A stretch of DNA of 64,000 nt from an uncultured virus (IMG/VR IMGVR_UViG_3300019132_000039) (lineage: Duplodnaviria > Heunggongvirae > Uroviricota > Caudoviricetes). Positions 62,409 to 64,000 of the stretch are shown here, piece after piece. The notes under the pieces are model-generated. The model did no database searches. It had not been told where the DNA came from and was given only the letters and a program-made list of their open reading frames with translations. Numbering within the stretch: position 1 is the stretch's first letter; each line of letters opens with the position of its first letter. Made by a program: the position numbers and the translations under genes. The DNA is taken from IMG/VR virus record IMGVR_UViG_3300019132_000039; one strand, 5' to 3'.

Positions 62409-62999
62409 TTATGTGGTTTTAAAGCTTTCTTTTAAAATGATTTTCATAATTTCATATAGGGTTTTATGTAGTTCTCCATTCAGATTTTCTACCACATAAT
62501 CACATTTTTTGCTGACAGCATAATCTCGATCTGCTCGATCTAGTCGGGCACGAATCTCTTGCTTGCCTCTTCCTTGTTTATACATGCGAGCCTCTAATTC
62601 TTCTCTTGGAGTATGAATAAAGATGCTTACAATTTGAGAAGGATCATATCCTTCCATTTTGGAAAAGGATTCTTTTAGGGTTACAACCCCTTCCCAATCA
62701 ACGACATACATCATTGGCTTTTCTTCTAGCTCTAATAATTCCCCTTGAGTAATGCCATAAAAATGATCGGCATACTTTGTTTTTGCAATCCATAAATGTT
62801 GTTCATCCATGGATAAGAATGTTTCACGATCAATAAAATGTCCATGCACACCATCGATTTCGCCTTTTCGAATGGGGCGAGTGCGGTAAGAGATGACTCT
62901 TGGAAGAGGAAGACTGTGAACAATAGTATCTTTTCCGGCTCCAGATGGTCCCATTAAACAAAAGATTTTATTCAAATGGGTTAGTAAAGTTGATGTCAT
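62409..62999 (-). CDS. Guanylate kinase-like nucleotide kinase
   Basis: GPSGAGKDT, SYRTRPIRKGEIDG, FYG, VDWEG. Confidence 0.88.
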   Translation of the reverse strand: MTSTLLTHLNKIFCLMGPSGAGKDTIVHSLPLPRVISYRTRPIRKGEIDGVHGHFIDRETFLSMDEQHLWIAKTKYADHFYGITQGELLELEEKPMMYVVDWEGVVTLKESFSKMEGYDPSQIVSIFIHTPREELEARMYKQGRGKQEIRARLDRADRDYAVSKKCDYVVENLNGELHKTLYEIMKIILKESFKTT

Positions 63000-63562
63000 T
63001 TTGATTATTCCATCTCCTTTTTGTATTCATTGATTTGTTCCCACGCTATTTGCATGATGGCTAAATGACAAGTAAGGACAGCTGTCATGGTTTCATGCAA
63101 GTTTAATTTATGCTTCTCAATAACTGGGCGCATTGCATCCCAAATTTCTTCAGCTACTTCTTTGGCTCGTTTATGTTCGCTTTCACTCATGGTTGCTTCA
63201 AAGAGTCCTAAAAGTCCTTGCGTCTGTGCGAGATATTTTTCCATATTTGTGTTTTCTCCTCTCTTAATGTTTCAAGGTCTAGTACAATTTCCCATAAGTC
63301 ATTGAGAATAAAGTAAGCAATCCACATAAACGCCCATACCGGTGCGACATAGACATAGAGGATATAAAAGATGCCCACAAGGAAAGCCAGGCGAACCTTG
63401 TGAAGAACCCATGACCAACCTATGTTGATTTCAAATTTCATCTAATTCCCTCTCTTCTAATTCTTCTTCTGTCATTTCACATTTTGGACAAAACCACGTA
63501 TCACAGCATGGACATTTAGTAAAGTATTCATAGCAGTCAGGGCATTGCATATAGCTTCCTCC

Positions 63563-64000
63563 TTAGACGTAGTGAATGCTTTTTAATTCTTCCTCATTGT
63601 ATTCAAATAACATAAACCGTTTATGAGCACCGACAAATCCGTTATCTTTGTGCCATTTATCCGTTTTATTTCGAGTAGATAAAGTGCGAACCATCATGCC
63701 GAATATATCTTGGCCATCTTCTTTATGGATGTGTCCGGTATGAATCTCTCGTGTTTTAGCTTGACTCCATAAGTCCGGAAACTCAACAGGAAACAAATTA
63801 TGCAAGTTTTTTCGTGCTTTATCTCCGTGAGTGATTCCAATAAACACTTTTCCAAATACATGGGCTTTTCGCTCTATAAAGCTATCGTCTACACTTACTT
63901 GTGGGTATCGTTCTTTTAATAACTGAACAAAGGCCCACCCCATAGATTCATCATGATTTCCTTTAGAGAAAATAAGTTTGACAGAATGAGCCTGTCGGAT
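63563..64000 (-). CDS. Metallophosphoesterase-like protein, 3' part (5' end outside window)
   Basis: GNHD (near 63955), THGD, HTGHIH motifs. Confidence 0.6.
   Translation of the reverse strand: MRQAHSVKLIFSKGNHDESMGWAFVQLLKERYPQVSVDDSFIERKAHVFGKVFIGITHGDKARKNLHNLFPVEFPDLWSQAKTREIHTGHIHKEDGQDIFGMMVRTLSTRNKTDKWHKDNGFVGAHKRFMLFEYNEEELKSIHYV

Overview
This AT-rich window from a Bacillaceae-type host looks like the replication/recombination and early-gene arm of a large plasmid-like phage or megaplasmid. No structural, rRNA, tRNA or CRISPR genes are seen. From 1 to about 56.5 kb nearly all genes are on the + strand. They include a RecD/Dda-like helicase, SSB, RecA, a Holliday junction resolvase-like nuclease, a PRTRC (ThiF/E2/ubiquitin-like) module, a Gam-like protein, a radical SAM-AAA(Ycf46-like)-DUF1257-DUF2997 cluster, tandem-domain ThyX, PcrA/UvrD, DnaG, a Rad52-like annealase, an MTase-like plus SF2 helicase pair, DnaN, a PAPS-reductase-like protein, a Doc/Phd pair, an N6-MTase and many small ORFs. 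An alpha/beta SASP gene sits on the - strand. An iteron/DnaA-box origin lies at about 56.7-57.0 kb, followed by - strand genes for an HTH initiator, FtsK, membrane proteins and a guanylate-kinase-like enzyme. Several features are missed by the ORF track. Two group I introns split helicase genes inside conserved motifs; one carries an intact LAGLIDADG gene in its P1 loop, the other an antisense, internally deleted remnant. A probable -1 frameshift (A_AAA_AAG) joins a membrane-anchored coiled coil to a 3D cell-wall domain. A 7-copy CCCTCCGGG-N8-BGRAAA element precedes replication genes, and a ~10-copy palindrome TGTAATGCATTACA behaves like an operator. Three nearby intergenic regions share a switch-like long-hairpin/uORF architecture. 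All calls were made by eye from motifs; no database searches were run.
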